From assembly GCA_049999805.1 (NCBI GenBank), contig JBNGIO010006314.1, positions 266,173 through 318,452 of the forward strand: 52,280 bases of DNA. The letters are read 5' to 3'. Below the pieces are notes generated by a model. It was not told the origin of the DNA. It did not search any database and worked only from the letters and a program-made list of their open reading frames with translations. The translations under genes and the position numbers were made by a program. Origin of the DNA: Folioceros fuciformis (Eukaryota). Numbering within the stretch: the first letter of the stretch is position 1; each line of letters starts with the position of its first letter. This document shows, in pieces, positions 23,335 to 35,210 of the stretch.

Positions 23335-23480
23335 ACCAAAGAGCTTATGAAGATGTAAGGATTACTTCCACATTGATTTCCAGCCACAAAGTCTTGAGGC
23401 CGAGGGGACCAAAGAGCTTATGAAGATGTAAGAATTACTTCTATATTGATTTCCAGCCACAAAGTCTTGAGGCCGAGGGG
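23335..23480 (+). repeat. Tandem duplication of a ~73-bp unit
   Basis: accaaagagcttatgaagatgtaa...ccacaaagtcttgaggccgagggg occurs twice in tandem. Confidence 0.85.
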
Positions 23481-23609
23481 AGCAGTGGAGGAAACATTCC
23501 TCTTGTCGAAGCTCCAACTAAAAAACTTCATGAGGCAAAAGTTGTTAGCAAATTGAGATCAAATTCTTAGCCATTAATAAAACTTGCGCAATACATTACT
23601 AAGCACACT

Positions 23610-23780
23610 AGAAGAACCTAAATGTGAACCTAAATGTGAATGACATGGATATAAAGAACCTAAATGTGAATGACATGGATATAAAGCCAACAAGAAGAAC
23701 CTTCAATGTGAATGACATGGATATAAAGCCAACAAGAAGAACCTCCAATGTGAATGACATGGAAATAAAGCCAACAAGAG
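23610..23780 (+). repeat. Minisatellite (30-39-bp unit) 3' of tRNA-Ser
   Basis: Four copies of aatgtgaatgacatggatataaag(ccaacaagaag)aacct. Confidence 0.85.
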
Positions 23781-23846
23781 CATGGCTGCAATCATGGCTC
23801 CTGCCATGCGAAACCCGAAGATAAAGCACAACAAAACACGACCTTA

Positions 23847-23927
23847 CGTCAACAGCAGGATTTGAACCTGCGCGGGCGAACCCATCACATTTCGAGTGTG
23901 ACGCCTTAACCACTCGGCCATATTGAC
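23847..23927 (-). tRNA. tRNA-Ser (CGA)
   Basis: Minus strand GTCAATATGGCCGAGTGGTTAAGGCGTCACACTCGAAATGTGATGGGTTCGCCCGCGCAGGTTCAAATCCTGCTGTTGACG. All stems pair, long variable arm, anticodon CGA, discriminator G. Confidence 0.93.
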
Positions 23928-24234
23928 TTCTACTCATTTCAAGCGATCTTAAATGTTTATATACTGAAAATTAAATTAAGGACGACGACAGAAACTGGAG
24001 TCTTAACTCATGGCTCTTCCATGCACATCAGTCTGCACTCACGCTACGGTTCACTTTCCGGAGAATCACGTAATGGTTGCGTAGACAGGAACAACACCAG
24101 CTCCTGCTTCTCAAAACAAGTCCAGGGGAGTGGGACACTGCTTATTGCAAGTGTAGCAGTTGCACGCCCGTGAAACACCGCTACTTGTAGATTGTTGGTG
24201 CGCGTGGATGCCACCAGGGTGCAGTTGACAACCA

Positions 24235-24740
24235 GTACATGGCACACGCCTAATGAGCAATTAGTCACTCTAGTGGAACACATGGAAAAGTAGAATCACG
24301 AGCAACGAATAACTTACCAGACATTCCGCTTCATTCCACGAGAAGCAGGACCAGAAGAATGAGGATCGTGGACGTGAAGTCGCAACACAACCGTCCCGTT
24401 CGCAAAATGGATTCCTGACGCTGAACCTTCCCTCCTCACGCTCCGCATGTTGGCAAAGTAGGCGGCTCATGCCAGCAACGAGGTTTTCTCACCTCTGATC
24501 TACAAAGAAAGAACATATTCGGGAACCGCCTACCTGGGAGTGAAAAATGCTTGAATGGACCACAACAATGCAGAGCTCAGCCTGCGTGATGTGCAGCAGT
24601 ACAATCCTTGAATCTCATCTCGTTTTCCACCTCTTCCACATCAGACACATCCCATTCGCTTTCCACATCAGCCGTCTCATCCCTTTCCTACGCCGTCGCA
24701 GCCTTTCCTGCACTTGCACATTCCTTGGCAGGCCCTGATC
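24235..24740 (-). pseudogene. Inverted, diverged partial copy of the 3' end and downstream region of PORR1
   Basis: Reverse complement aligns by eye with about 30490-30990 (e.g. gtggaaagcgaatgggat, cagaggtgagaaaacct, gtgattctacttttccatgtgttcca, tgctcattaggcgt). Confidence 0.8.
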
Positions 24741-25463
24741 CCTGTCCTGGAAACATTTCTTTTTTCCAAATAAAATACTCTTCAATACTCCACTTCTCTG
24801 TGGCAACAACCTAGAGAGCCAAACGAGGACGTAGCCGCAAGACGACGACACTCGTGCAAGCAACAACTTCGAAACATCTTCTTCGGAAGTCCATAGCCGC
24901 GTGCAGTTGGAGAAAACGGCCGTTCGGAGGGATGGTTACGAAAGAAGAAGCTGCCCAGAGTCGAGAACCCGCGTACAGTCTAAAAAAGAATTCTGCCGCG
25001 GGTTCAGACAACTAAAACGAGGAAAATGATTCCAATGTGCGAAAATCCTGTCCACAATAAGTGTGTTTCGGGAAGGTTCTTGGGGCTGGTGGAAGAGTAC
25101 ATGGTTTCATTCCCTTCCGTGATCCAGTCGATTCTTTCAGAGACGTGTACAGAAAAAGGTCACGTTCCGGTGGCTGGCATTGCAGACCCGTTTGAACGTG
25201 TTGCGTGACGTGAACCCTCATTGTTCCGCTCTGGTCGCCCCCGTGGACTCGCTCCTGGTCTGGTCGGTGGTCTGCCGTGCTTGCCGACGGCATCCACCAG
25301 CAATTTGGTGGTGGTGCGTTAATGATCTTGGCTAGTGCGTTGCACACCTGGCAGCATTTCCTTCGCAGACGCATTCTTCAGATCGCAAGCTTACGGAGGT
25401 TGAAGCAGTTCATCTGTGCGGCTCAGAGCGCAACTGTTAGGGTTGTAGCATCAGGTCTCTTCT

Positions 25464-28400
25464 TCAACAGGATCGTGCACGATGGGACCCTAAACCCTGC
25501 ACCTCTTGCTGAATGGTTCCCAACATGATCTTAAGCGTGGCATATATTTGGATTCTGTCGGGGTGCTCTTTATCTTCCACCACGAAAGTGTGTACGTGGT
25601 TGTCAGCTTCCATCCATGTGAGTCCCAGGTCCCTTCTCGCACCTGCATTATGCATCATGCAATCTACTTGCTCAGCATCCTCCCACATTCCAGCTGCACT
25701 GTAGATATTTGACATCAAGACGTACGCAGCTGCATTCGTGGGATCCAGTTTTAAGATGGATTCGAAAGCATGTCGACCCAAGTCCCAGTTGCCATGGATT
25801 CGACAAGCTCCAAGCAAAGACATCCACACGACAATATCAGGTGTTGACGGCATAGTGTCAACCAGGCTATCTGCCTCACGCAGATGACCGGCACGGCCTA
25901 AGAGATCAACCATGCAAGCATAGTGCTTCGTCGCAGGAAGGATGTTAAAGCGCTCAAACATGGATTGGAATATCTGCTGTCCCTCCTCCAACAAGCCAGC
26001 ATGGCTGCAAGCGGAAAGCAAGGACACAAAAGTCACATCATTTGGCTCCATGCCTTCCCGTAGCATTCTCTGGAACAGTTGCAGTGCTTCTAGCCCGTAG
26101 CCATGCTGAGAGTACCCTGCGATGATTGTGTTCCAAGCAACAAGATTTCGCGATGGCAGTCTGTTGAACACTGCGTGCGCATCTACGAGGCTCCCACATT
26201 TGGCGTACATGTCAATAAGACTGCTGGCAACAAACACGTCTGAGAGATAGCCACATTCTACAACTTGTGCGTGGATCTGTTTGCCTTGCTGAAGAGCTGC
26301 TATGCTGGAACATGCTTTCAGCATGCTTACGAATGTAACATCATCGGGTTGCATGCCCACTTGCTGCATTTTCTCGGAAAGCTGCAATGCTTCCTGACCA
26401 CGGCCATGACGTGCGTAGCCTTTGATCAATGCAGTCCATGATACCAGATCCTTCACCTGCAAGTGGTCGAATACTTCACGTGCAGCATCAACGCTCCCGC
26501 ACTTGGCATACAAGTCTATGAGAGCATTTCCCACAACCAGAATTGACTCCCATCCATTTTCAATCACACGGGAATGAATCAACTTCCCCTGATCCAAGGC
26601 TGTCATCCTTGAACAAGCTTTCAGGATGCTGATCAGTGTCACCTCATCTGCATGCACGCCCTCCCATTCCATTCTCTTCCAAAGTTCCAGGGCTTCTTCA
26701 CTGTTCCCACAGTCTGCACATCCTGCAATCACTGCATTCCACGACACCAAATTCCTAGTTGGTAATTTCTCAAACACTCTCCGAGCATTAGCAAAGCTCC
26801 CACATTTCGCATACATGTCGATCAGGGTGCTGCAAACAAAAACATCAGAGTCAAAGCCACCTTCCATGATCTGCCCGTGAATGAGCTTGCCCTGGTCCAG
26901 CCTGGCTACCTGGGAACATGCTTGCAAAACGCTCACAAAGGTGAACTCATTTGGGGGCATGCGTTCCGAACACATATGCCTGAATATTTCGAGGGCCTCC
27001 TCACTATGCTGATGCTGGGCATACCCACATATCATTGCATTCCAGGATATCCGATCCTTTACTGGCAGTCTGTCAAACACTTTGCGGGCATCCACAAGGC
27101 TGCCAGTCTTGACGTACATGTCAAGGAGGGTGTTGCCAACAAACACATCGGATTCAAAACCACTTTGTATGATGCGGTCGTGACACAGTCGACCAACTGC
27201 CAGGTCAGATGTGCTGGAACATGCTTTCAAAATACTTAGATACGTCACTTTGTTTGGGGACATCCCATGCTGCTGCATCATATCAAAGAGTTGAAGGGCC
27301 TGCACTCCATCTCCATAGTGAGCATACGCACCAATTATGGCTGTCCATGACACCATATCCTTCGATGGTAAGCTATCAAAAACCAGGCGGGCATCCTCAA
27401 CGCTCCCGCATTTTGTGTACATATCAATAAGTGAGTTGCCAACCATAACATTTGAGACGAGTCCAATCTGCATGGCTTTCGTATGAATCACCCTGCCCTG
27501 ATCCAGGGCTGGTATACTGGAGCAGGCCTTAAGGATTCCAGTCAGTGTGACCTCATCCGGCTGCAGTCCCTCCTGTTGCATTTGCTGGAACAGATGAATT
27601 GCCTTGTGATGAAGCCCGTTTTGAGAGTGGCCAGCTATTATTGCATTCCAAGAAACCAGATCCCGACCCGGCAGTCTGTCAAACACGGATTGGGCATCCT
27701 GCAGGCTCCCGCATCTGGCATACATGTTAATAAGAGTGTTGCACACCTTTGTATCTGCTTCACAATCAAGCTCAACTATGCAAGCATGGACAAGCTTACC
27801 CTGATCGAGGGCCGCCAAGCTGGTGCATGCTTTGAGGACACTGAGGAGGGTGACCTTATTCGGAGGCAAGGACTCAAGTTGCATTCGCCTGAAGAGTTGG
27901 ATGGCTTCGTCCGATCTCTCATGCTTGGCATATGCAGCAATCATGGCACTCCATGACACTAGATCTCTCGTTGCGAGATGATCAAATACTTGGATTGCGT
28001 CCAGAATGCTTCCACACTTGGAGTACATGTCGATGAGTGTGCTAGCAATACCGGTATCCGAATCAAGCCCATACTTCGCTAGACAAGAATGGATCAGCCT
28101 TCCTTCTAACAAGGCATCACTGCAACAACATGCTTTCAGGATAGTCATGAAAGTCACTTTGTCTGGATGTGTGCCCTCCTGTTGCATCTTCTCTAAGAGC
28201 TGGAACGTGGATTGTACACGTCCATCCTGGGCGTAACCTGCGATCATGGCATTCCATGAAACCAGGTCTCTTGATGACAGATTATCAAAGACTCTCCGTG
28301 CGTCTTCAGTTCTCCCACATTTCGAATACATGTCAATAAGCGTGTTCCCCACAAACCCATTACACTGAAATCCACTCTGCTCGATTTCCTTGTGAATAAG

Positions 28401-28892
28401 CTTACCCTGTGCCAGTGCCTCACTGTTCGCACATGCCTTTAGGACGGCAACAAATACATGTTCATTTGGCTTCACACCAGAACGTAGCATTCGGTGATAC
28501 AGACTGATTGCCTCGTCAGCTTTGCCATACTTGGCATTCGCTGCAATAACTGCAGCCCACGTGAACAAACCTGGTGCAGCAAGCTTGCTGAACACTTCAT
28601 TCGCATCCAGCAGACCCCCGCACAACGCCAAGATGCGAATCAGGTGGCTGACGAGCAAGGTATTGGACTCAAACCCAGTCCTGACAATCAAGGAGGACAT
28701 TCTCCTACAGGCTGGCAAATCTCTACTGTGAATGCACCCTTGCAGGAGATGGTACAAGATGTCCTGCGAGACTTGAAATCCCTCCTGATGCATGAGTTCC
28801 ACGGCTCCAATGGCATGATTAACCCGTCCCTCCTCACAAAGTATCTCCAGCTCATGCACCGACAGAGGGAAGCCATTACTGCACCTCGCCAT
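25464..28892 (-). CDS. PLS-class PPR protein (PPR2): ~9 PLS triplets, E1/E2/E+, no complete DYW
   Basis: Single long ORF; likely ATG at 28892 (MARCSNGF). Repeated LIDMYxKCGS/VSWNAMIAGY motifs; HYACMVDLLGRAG; AAAYVLMSNIY; degenerate PG box DLGLTWME..VHTF...HP...IY. Confidence 0.95.
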   Translation of the reverse strand: MARCSNGFPLSVHELEILCEEGRVNHAIGAVELMHQEGFQVSQDILYHLLQGCIHSRDLPACRRMSSLIVRTGFESNTLLVSHLIRILALCGGLLDANEVFSKLAAPGLFTWAAVIAANAKYGKADEAISLYHRMLRSGVKPNEHVFVAVLKACANSEALAQGKLIHKEIEQSGFQCNGFVGNTLIDMYSKCGRTEDARRVFDNLSSRDLVSWNAMIAGYAQDGRVQSTFQLLEKMQQEGTHPDKVTFMTILKACCCSDALLEGRLIHSCLAKYGLDSDTGIASTLIDMYSKCGSILDAIQVFDHLATRDLVSWSAMIAAYAKHERSDEAIQLFRRMQLESLPPNKVTLLSVLKACTSLAALDQGKLVHACIVELDCEADTKVCNTLINMYARCGSLQDAQSVFDRLPGRDLVSWNAIIAGHSQNGLHHKAIHLFQQMQQEGLQPDEVTLTGILKACSSIPALDQGRVIHTKAMQIGLVSNVMVGNSLIDMYTKCGSVEDARLVFDSLPSKDMVSWTAIIGAYAHYGDGVQALQLFDMMQQHGMSPNKVTYLSILKACSSTSDLAVGRLCHDRIIQSGFESDVFVGNTLLDMYVKTGSLVDARKVFDRLPVKDRISWNAMICGYAQHQHSEEALEIFRHMCSERMPPNEFTFVSVLQACSQVARLDQGKLIHGQIMEGGFDSDVFVCSTLIDMYAKCGSFANARRVFEKLPTRNLVSWNAVIAGCADCGNSEEALELWKRMEWEGVHADEVTLISILKACSRMTALDQGKLIHSRVIENGWESILVVGNALIDLYAKCGSVDAAREVFDHLQVKDLVSWTALIKGYARHGRGQEALQLSEKMQQVGMQPDDVTFVSMLKACSSIAALQQGKQIHAQVVECGYLSDVFVASSLIDMYAKCGSLVDAHAVFNRLPSRNLVAWNTIIAGYSQHGYGLEALQLFQRMLREGMEPNDVTFVSLLSACSHAGLLEEGQQIFQSMFERFNILPATKHYACMVDLLGRAGHLREADSLVDTMPSTPDIVVWMSLLGACRIHGNWDLGRHAFESILKLDPTNAAAYVLMSNIYSAAGMWEDAEQVDCMMHNAGARRDLGLTWMEADNHVHTFVVEDKEHPDRIQIYATLKIMLGTIQQEVQGLGSHRARSC

Positions 28893-29263
28893 ATGAAAGT
28901 GTTGTATCGCAGTTGCCTCGTCTGCACGTCGCAACCTCGGAAAAGGTCATCCCAAGAACACCAATTTTCAGTACCCACCAAAACAGAAAAAACAGAGGGG
29001 AATTCGAGAGCTTGCCTGCCTTCGTGCCGCCTCGTGTTCCATGTTCTCTGCTTCGAACTCCGCCCTCAACACCACCGCCATCCGACACCCCAGTACCGCA
29101 CACACCCCTGACGGCTCGCTGAACGAAAACATCAGCTGGGTTCCACCTACGGTTGCATCTACCTGTCCTGCTGAATCTTCCAGCCTTCTCGAACACCACC
29201 AAAGTTACTCCCCTTCCCACTCCCATTTCATTTGCTTGTTGGTCTTCGAAGAACGTAACGTCA

Positions 29264-30658
29264 ATGTTGGGTAGGATAGTTGGCAGGGCCTGGAGGGAAG
29301 CGGAGCCGGTGCTTCAAGGACCCGGATGGCGGGCTCTGCAGCTACGCCATTTCGCCAAGCGGGTTATACCTCGCGGGCCGCATGTCTGGCTCAAGATGGA
29401 TCGGGAGAAGTGGCAGAAAGATTTGCAATTGGACGCGGTCTGGGACAAGGAGAAGGAGCTCATATATTTGATTGCCATGAAGGACATTCTGGCAGACCAA
29501 CCCAAGATGCGCATGTCTTTGAAAGTTCTGACCACCTACAAGAGGTACATCGGTCTGTCAGGGAGGAACATTCGACCTGCTGCATGGCTGCAACAGCACC
29601 CTGCAATGTTCCTGGTTGACGAGGACATGCCCTTCCTGGAATACCTGCCTGCGGCTGCAAAGGCATTCTTCCAGTTCACCCCTCGCGCTGCAGAGCATGT
29701 AGCTAGCGAGAAGCAGTTTCGCCACGACAATGAGAAGCTTCTGGTTGACAAGGTGAGGAAGGTTCTCATGATGACACCTGAGAGGCGGATCCCTCTTGAG
29801 GTGTTCGGCCACTTGCGGAAAGACATCGGCATGACTGAGGATTTCAGATTCCGGCTGATGAAATATCCTGAGTACTTCGGAATGGAGGAAACAGCTAAAG
29901 GATCAGAACTGAGGCTCACGGAATGGGACCCTGAATTAGCAGTGTCATCGTTCGAAACGCTCCATCTTGCAGGGAATGGCATTCCTGAGGATGGAGATCC
30001 CCAGCCCCAGGGTGGTGCCAACTGGTCAACATTCAGGCACAGGGCCAATCTGAAGAAGACTCATATGAGGGAGTTGATGAAGTTCCATGAAGCTCCCTAC
30101 GTGTCCCCATACCAGGAGACACCTCTGGATGTGAAGGAGAACTCCCTAGAGGCGGAAAAACATGCGGTGGCGGTGCTGCATGAGTTGCTGAGCCTGACTT
30201 TGCGGAAGAGGTTGAATTTGGCCCGTCTGGCACAGTACAGGACCATGTTCATGTGCACCAAAGGAACCAGATCCGTCATTATGCAACATCCTGAACTGTT
30301 TTACATATCGTTGAAGAATGGCCGGGAGACTGTGTTTCTACGGCAAGCTTACAGTAACTCTGAGTTGGTAATGAAGGACCCTTTTCTCGAAGCTCAGTCA
30401 TGGGTAGCTGTTTTGCTGAAGGAATCCAAGGATGCTATTCGGGAAGAGAAGGACCGGGTCATAGCGGAGAGAAGGAAAGCGAAGCTGGAGAGGGAAGAGG
30501 CCAAGGCAAATGCAAGTGCTGCAATGGCGCAGAGAGGGGATGAGCCGGAAGAGGTGGAAAGTGAATGGGATTTCTCTGATGTTGAAGACGTGGAAGTCCA
30601 GACGATCATCAAGGTTTGTACTGCTTCGCATCACGCATGCTCCACTCTTCATTGTTGA
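29264..30658 (+). CDS. PORR-domain (plant organelle RNA recognition, WTF1-like) protein PORR1
   Basis: Presequence-like start MLGRIVGRAW; KVRKVLMM...RIPL...HLRKDIGMTEDF...KYPEYF; WDPELAVS; PYVSPY; EKHAVAVLHELLSLT; HPELFYIS..GRETVFLRQAY. The extreme C-terminus may be spliced (possible GT at about 30614, AG at 30720). Confidence 0.92.
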   Translation: MLGRIVGRAWREAEPVLQGPGWRALQLRHFAKRVIPRGPHVWLKMDREKWQKDLQLDAVWDKEKELIYLIAMKDILADQPKMRMSLKVLTTYKRYIGLSGRNIRPAAWLQQHPAMFLVDEDMPFLEYLPAAAKAFFQFTPRAAEHVASEKQFRHDNEKLLVDKVRKVLMMTPERRIPLEVFGHLRKDIGMTEDFRFRLMKYPEYFGMEETAKGSELRLTEWDPELAVSSFETLHLAGNGIPEDGDPQPQGGANWSTFRHRANLKKTHMRELMKFHEAPYVSPYQETPLDVKENSLEAEKHAVAVLHELLSLTLRKRLNLARLAQYRTMFMCTKGTRSVIMQHPELFYISLKNGRETVFLRQAYSNSELVMKDPFLEAQSWVAVLLKESKDAIREEKDRVIAERRKAKLEREEAKANASAAMAQRGDEPEEVESEWDFSDVEDVEVQTIIKVCTASHHACSTLHC

Positions 30659-31853
30659 GGCAATTGCATGCATTTTTCACTCTTAGGTAAGCTGCTCTGA
30701 AGTTTGTTCTTCCTTTGTAGACCAGAGGTGAGAAAACCTTGTGTTGCTTGCAGGACCCACGTACTTTGCCAGCATCCGGAGCGTGAGGAGGCAAAGTTCA
30801 GTGTCATGAATCATGATTGCAAATGGGATGGTTGCGTTGCGACTTCACTTCCACAATCCTTTTTCTCTGGTCCTGCATCTCGTGGAATCAAGCTGCTGAA
30901 ATATCTGGTACGTTATTCGTTACGTGTGATTCTACTTTTCCATGTGTTCCATCAGAGTGAATTACTGCTCATTAGGCGTTTGCCATGCCTTCGAAGCCGC
31001 ATCCGGCAAGGAGTTGCCATTCCTGACAGCAGAAAAGCTGAAGAGAGTTTGTTGGGTACGTGGACATGGAGATGAGATCAGGTCTGGCTGCTTCAAGACT
31101 CCGACGAGGAAGTGGAGTCACCTGCATAATATTCAAATGCTAGGCACACAATGTCTGGCCTGACTCGCATGTGCAAGGGCTCGATCTGGCGTGTATGTCC
31201 AACAGGTCGAGTGTGGCAGGGAAACTCTTGATTTTGCCTTGGTCTACTGAAGCTTGTAAAGCTGTAGTTCGCTATTTTCTCATCCCGTTCGTCTCTCCGA
31301 CATGACAAAATGATGTTTTCGATATATAGTGAATGGTGTTTTCGAAAACATCCCTGAATCGTAAACAACCAGAGATACACTACTGAGAAGATGCACTCGA
31401 CCAGAACAGTATTAAGGCCTTACGCACCCGGCCATGTTTCGGCGCATGGCGCCATCGCTTCTCTTCTCAGCTGCAATGCGGATTCACTGACAGACGGGAT
31501 ACAGAACCTGGATGCTTGGCTGTGGAATGGTGCACTGCGTGGGACAAGATTTAGATGAAATCCCAGCAGGCTCTACAAACTCTCCTGCTACGCTCATGCG
31601 ATTGGAAGCGCCGTGGATCTGCAAGTCGCAACCCGTCTCTTTCCCTCCGGTCACGGTCGGCTCCGATCCGACCCCTCGACCTCACAGCCACTGTCATGAC
31701 GTCCCGCGGCCTACAGGCCATGGCAGGCGCACCAACCACGCCCTCCTCCCCCTGCTTCACCCTCCTACCTGCAATGCCGCAACTTACAGGCTCATCTTTC
31801 TCACCTCACGCCAAGCCGGCCCGACGCTTGGAACAGCAGCAGCAGCAGCAGCG

Positions 31854-33387
31854 ATGGCCGGCCCCGGCCCCGCACNNNNNNNNNNNNNNNNNNNNNNNNN
31901 NNNNNNNNNNNNNNNNNNNNNNNNNNNNNNNNNNNNNNNNNNNNNNNNNNNNNNNNNNNNNNNNNNNNNNNNNNNGATCGCGACCAGCAGCGGGTGAAGG
32001 GAATCCTGGCCCGCGTGGCCGCGCCGTCGTTGGCGGCATCGGAGGCCGCCGGCGGATTCCAAGGCCGCGTCGTGTCCGGCCTCCCCAGCGGCAGCGGCGA
32101 GTACTTCGTCACTCTGGGGATCGGCTCCCCGCCCGTCCAGACTTCGCTGGCGATCGACACCGGAAGCGACCTGCTCTGGCTGCAATGCTCGCCTTGCCAG
32201 GTGAAGCAAATCATCCAACACACGTACCCTTCGGGCTCGGCCGGACAATGCAACTTCTTTCCCACCCGCCGTGGTTCGCCGCTTTGATGATTTCATGGTT
32301 CACGAGATCGTTTGACGCCACAGTGCCCCCTCACCTCAGGATTGCTACAACCAAGACGGCCCGATATTCGAGCCCCGGCGATCCACCTCGTATCGCACCC
32401 TCGGGTGCGGGAGTCCGCAGTGCCTGCTCTTGGACGAGCACGGCTGCTCGGGCACGTCGTGTCTCTACGAGGTGGACTACGGGGACGGGAGCTTCACAGT
32501 GGGAGACCTCGCCACCGACACGCTCATACTCGCGCCCCAGGCGGGCAGGCAATTCTCGGTCCCCAACGTGGCGCTGGGATGCGGGCACGACAACCAGGGC
32601 CTCTTCGCGGGCGCGTCGGGCTTGCTGGGCCTCGGCCGGGGCGCGCTCTCCTTCCCGTCCCAGCTTCGATCCACCTTGGGCCCCGTCTTCTCCTACTGCC
32701 TGGTGGATCGCGACAGCGCCTCCTCCAGCTCCCTCTCCTTCGGCCACTCCGCTATCCCGCAAGGTATTCCACCCGCTACTAACCCTCATCAATCCTGCAT
32801 AACTATGTGACCACCTGACCAACCAAACTAACTAGCTCCGCGCTCCGATCCGCCATGACTTCGCAGGGACGCTCTTCACGCCCCTCCTCACCAACCCCAG
32901 GGCGAGGACGTTCTACTTCGTCGGCCTGGAAGGCATCAGCGTCGGCGGGGCGGCGGCGGCTATCCCGGCGGAAGAATTCGCGATCGGGCCGTCGGGGGCG
33001 GGAGGCGTGGTGCTGGACTCCGGGACGTCCATCACCCGCCTCACTGCGGTGGCCTACAACGCCACACGCGACCTGTTCGTGAGCAAGGCCGCGCCCTACC
33101 TCGGCCAGCCGGCCGCCTCCTTCGCCATTTTCGATACGTGCTTCGACCTGTCGCAGCGGCGGAGCGTGCAGGTGCCCGAGCTCAGCCTGCGCTTCCATGG
33201 AGGCCTGGAATTGCCGCTCCCGCCTAGGAACTACATGCTGCAGGTGGATGCCTCGGGAACCGTCTGCCTCGCTCTCGCCCCGAGCCCCGGCCCGCTCTCC
33301 ATCATCGGCAACATCCAGCAGATGGGAACCCGAATTGTGTACGATGCCGCGGGCGGACGCATCGGCTTCGCGCGCAACCAGTGCTAG
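31854..33387 (+). CDS. A1-family aspartic protease (nepenthesin/ASPG1-like), at least 3 exons; N-terminus lies in the assembly gap
   Basis: GSGEYFVTLGIGSP...IDTGSDLLWLQC; YGDGSFTVG; GCGHDNQGLF.GASGLLGLGRG; second catalytic VLDSGT; FDTCFD; SIIGNIQQ...RIGFARNQC*. Start at 31854 is tentative. Confidence 0.9.
31876..31975. other. Assembly gap (100 N)
   Basis: Run of exactly 100 N, probably an unsized scaffold gap in GC-rich sequence. Confidence 1.
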
Positions 33388-33880
33388 CTAGACTCGGGCA
33401 TGTCCGAGACTGTGCTCTCGGATTCCTCTCATCGTTCCCCTTCCATGCTCTCCGCCGAGTGTGGAAACTCGTTTATGTGGTGGAAAACACATGTTGTAAT
33501 CGAAAACTCTAATCAGGTTGAAGAAGAATTCTATTAGAATTTCGAGATGGAATTAGAAGTTGGTAGTTGACACAAATATATGGTATATCTTGGTATTTGG
33601 TAGCTACTCCTTCTGAAGGACGTCCTTCCCTCTAGGACCTCTAAGAACATATTCCTTTTAAGTACTCCTCTACGTTATTTTCCTAAAGCACGATGCTTAA
33701 TCCTGCGATTCCTATAACTGTGCATTTATTCATTTCAGCTAAATCTAGTAACTATACTGGATGCTGTTGGTTAGGTTGCCCCTATATTAGGGTTCACGGA
33801 GACGTGTTTCTTATTAGCGCATGAAGCCTGACATTGCGAATTGCGAACTGCTCACCTCGGCGATCTAAGCCTATCCGACC

Positions 33881-34705
33881 ATGGCGGACACTAGGGCGTG
33901 CACCTTGCGCACCCGCAAGTTCATGACCAACCGCTTGTTGGCGCGAAAGCAATTCGTGAGTGTTAATCTCTGGTGGTTGTGGGATTTCCGTCTTTGTGTC
34001 CGGCTCTGCTCTTTGTCTGAGCTCAGTGGTTGGATGTCGGCATCAGGTTATTGACGTGCTCCATCCTGGAAGGCCTAACGTCTCGAAGGTACGGGTCGAT
34101 GCTCGGGTGCAATGGAACGGTCTTCGTAGGTGTGCGTTGAAGCCTTTAGGTTTGTCGGAACTCGCTCGCTCACTCTTCGATGTCATGTTGTTTTTCTTCC
34201 AGGCGGAGCTGAAGGAGAAGCTTGCTAAAGTTTACGATGTGCGAGACGTTCAGACCATTTTCGTGTTCGGGTTCCGGACGCAGTTTGGAGGAGGGAAGTC
34301 CACTGGCTTCGGGTTGATCTATGACAACCTGGACGCCGCCAAGAAGTACGAGCCCAAGTACCGGCTCATTAGGGTAAGGCTTCGGAATTTTGGGATGTTC
34401 TTGGAGGTGTCGAACTAAGGTCTGTTTTCGGTTCAAGGTCCCCTCACTTTCTCCTGTGGCTGCTACGAGCAGAACGGTCTGGCGACCAAGGTTGAAAAGT
34501 CGCGGAAGCAAATGAAGGAAAGGAAAAACCGTGCCAAGAAGATTCGTGGAGTGAAGAAGGTGAGTGATATCTGGTTGTTCCATTGCACGACGTTTGTGTT
34601 CGCCGTCGGAGATGAGGAAGTTTGCCTTTATCTTACTTCATGCTGGTCTGGTCCAATCTGCAGACCAAGGCTAGCGGAGAAGCTGCCAAGGGAAAGAAGA
34701 AATGA
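33881..34705 (+). CDS. RPS24: 40S ribosomal protein S24 (eS24), copy 1; exons 33881-33955, 34047-34088, 34203-34373, 34473-34559, 34664-34705
   Basis: [46 protein letters not shown]...[22 protein letters not shown]...|NGL...[32 protein letters not shown]. Confidence 0.96.
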
Positions 34706-35023
34706 GGTTGTTTATCTACGTAGGCGGCGCTGCCGTCCCACAACTGGACCAAGGCATGCTTGGCGATTCTCTCTTAAACGAGTTGGGAGTGCTGCCGAGA
34801 CAGTGTTTAACGTGTTCTATCCTGTTCCAGTTTTCGAACCGGTGTTATTCTTTTTTTGTAGCTTTCTAGATTGCGTTCACCTTCCTGCTACTCTATATGG
34901 TAGTTGGCCTTGATGTGCCAATTAGCAATTGATTCTAGTGCATTGGTCACCGTCTTTCCCTCAATTCTGCTCTTAGGAGCAAGTTTGTACAGTTTAGTTT
35001 GAAATCGTCGGTTACCAAAGCCA

Positions 35024-35210
35024 CAAGTGGATGCCTCCGGGACCGTCTTCCTCGCCCTCACCCCGCGCCCCGGCCTGCTCTCCATCAGCGGCAAGCAGAT
35101 GGGAACTCGAATTGTGAACGATGCTGCGGGCGGACTCATCGGCCTCGCGCGCAACCATTTCTAGACTCGAGCACGTCCTCCGGAACCCTCTCATCGTTCC
35201 CCCCTTCCAC
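35024..35210 (+). pseudogene. Duplicated, decayed 3' fragment of the aspartic protease gene
   Basis: Aligns with 33241-33445 (gtggatgcctc.gg.accgtct...gcagatgggaac.cgaattgtg...gcgcgcaacca) with substitutions and a small deletion. Confidence 0.9.

Noticed and set aside
23610-23780. Repeat array resembling a CRISPR
   Set aside because: Units are directly tandem with no unique spacers, no cas genes are present, and the context is eukaryotic.
23608-23937. 109-aa minus-strand ORF
   Set aside because: It is a translation of tRNA-Ser plus the minisatellite.
25300-25463. Possible DYW remnant after the PPR2 stop (KLAI and CCQVCNALAKII-like fragments)
   Set aside because: The fragments are out of frame with the PPR and not at the expected spacing; too weak without a profile alignment.
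34560-34663. snoRNA in RPS24 intron 4 (copy 2 has ATGATGA)
   Set aside because: No matching D box or terminal stem, and the motif is not conserved between the two copies.
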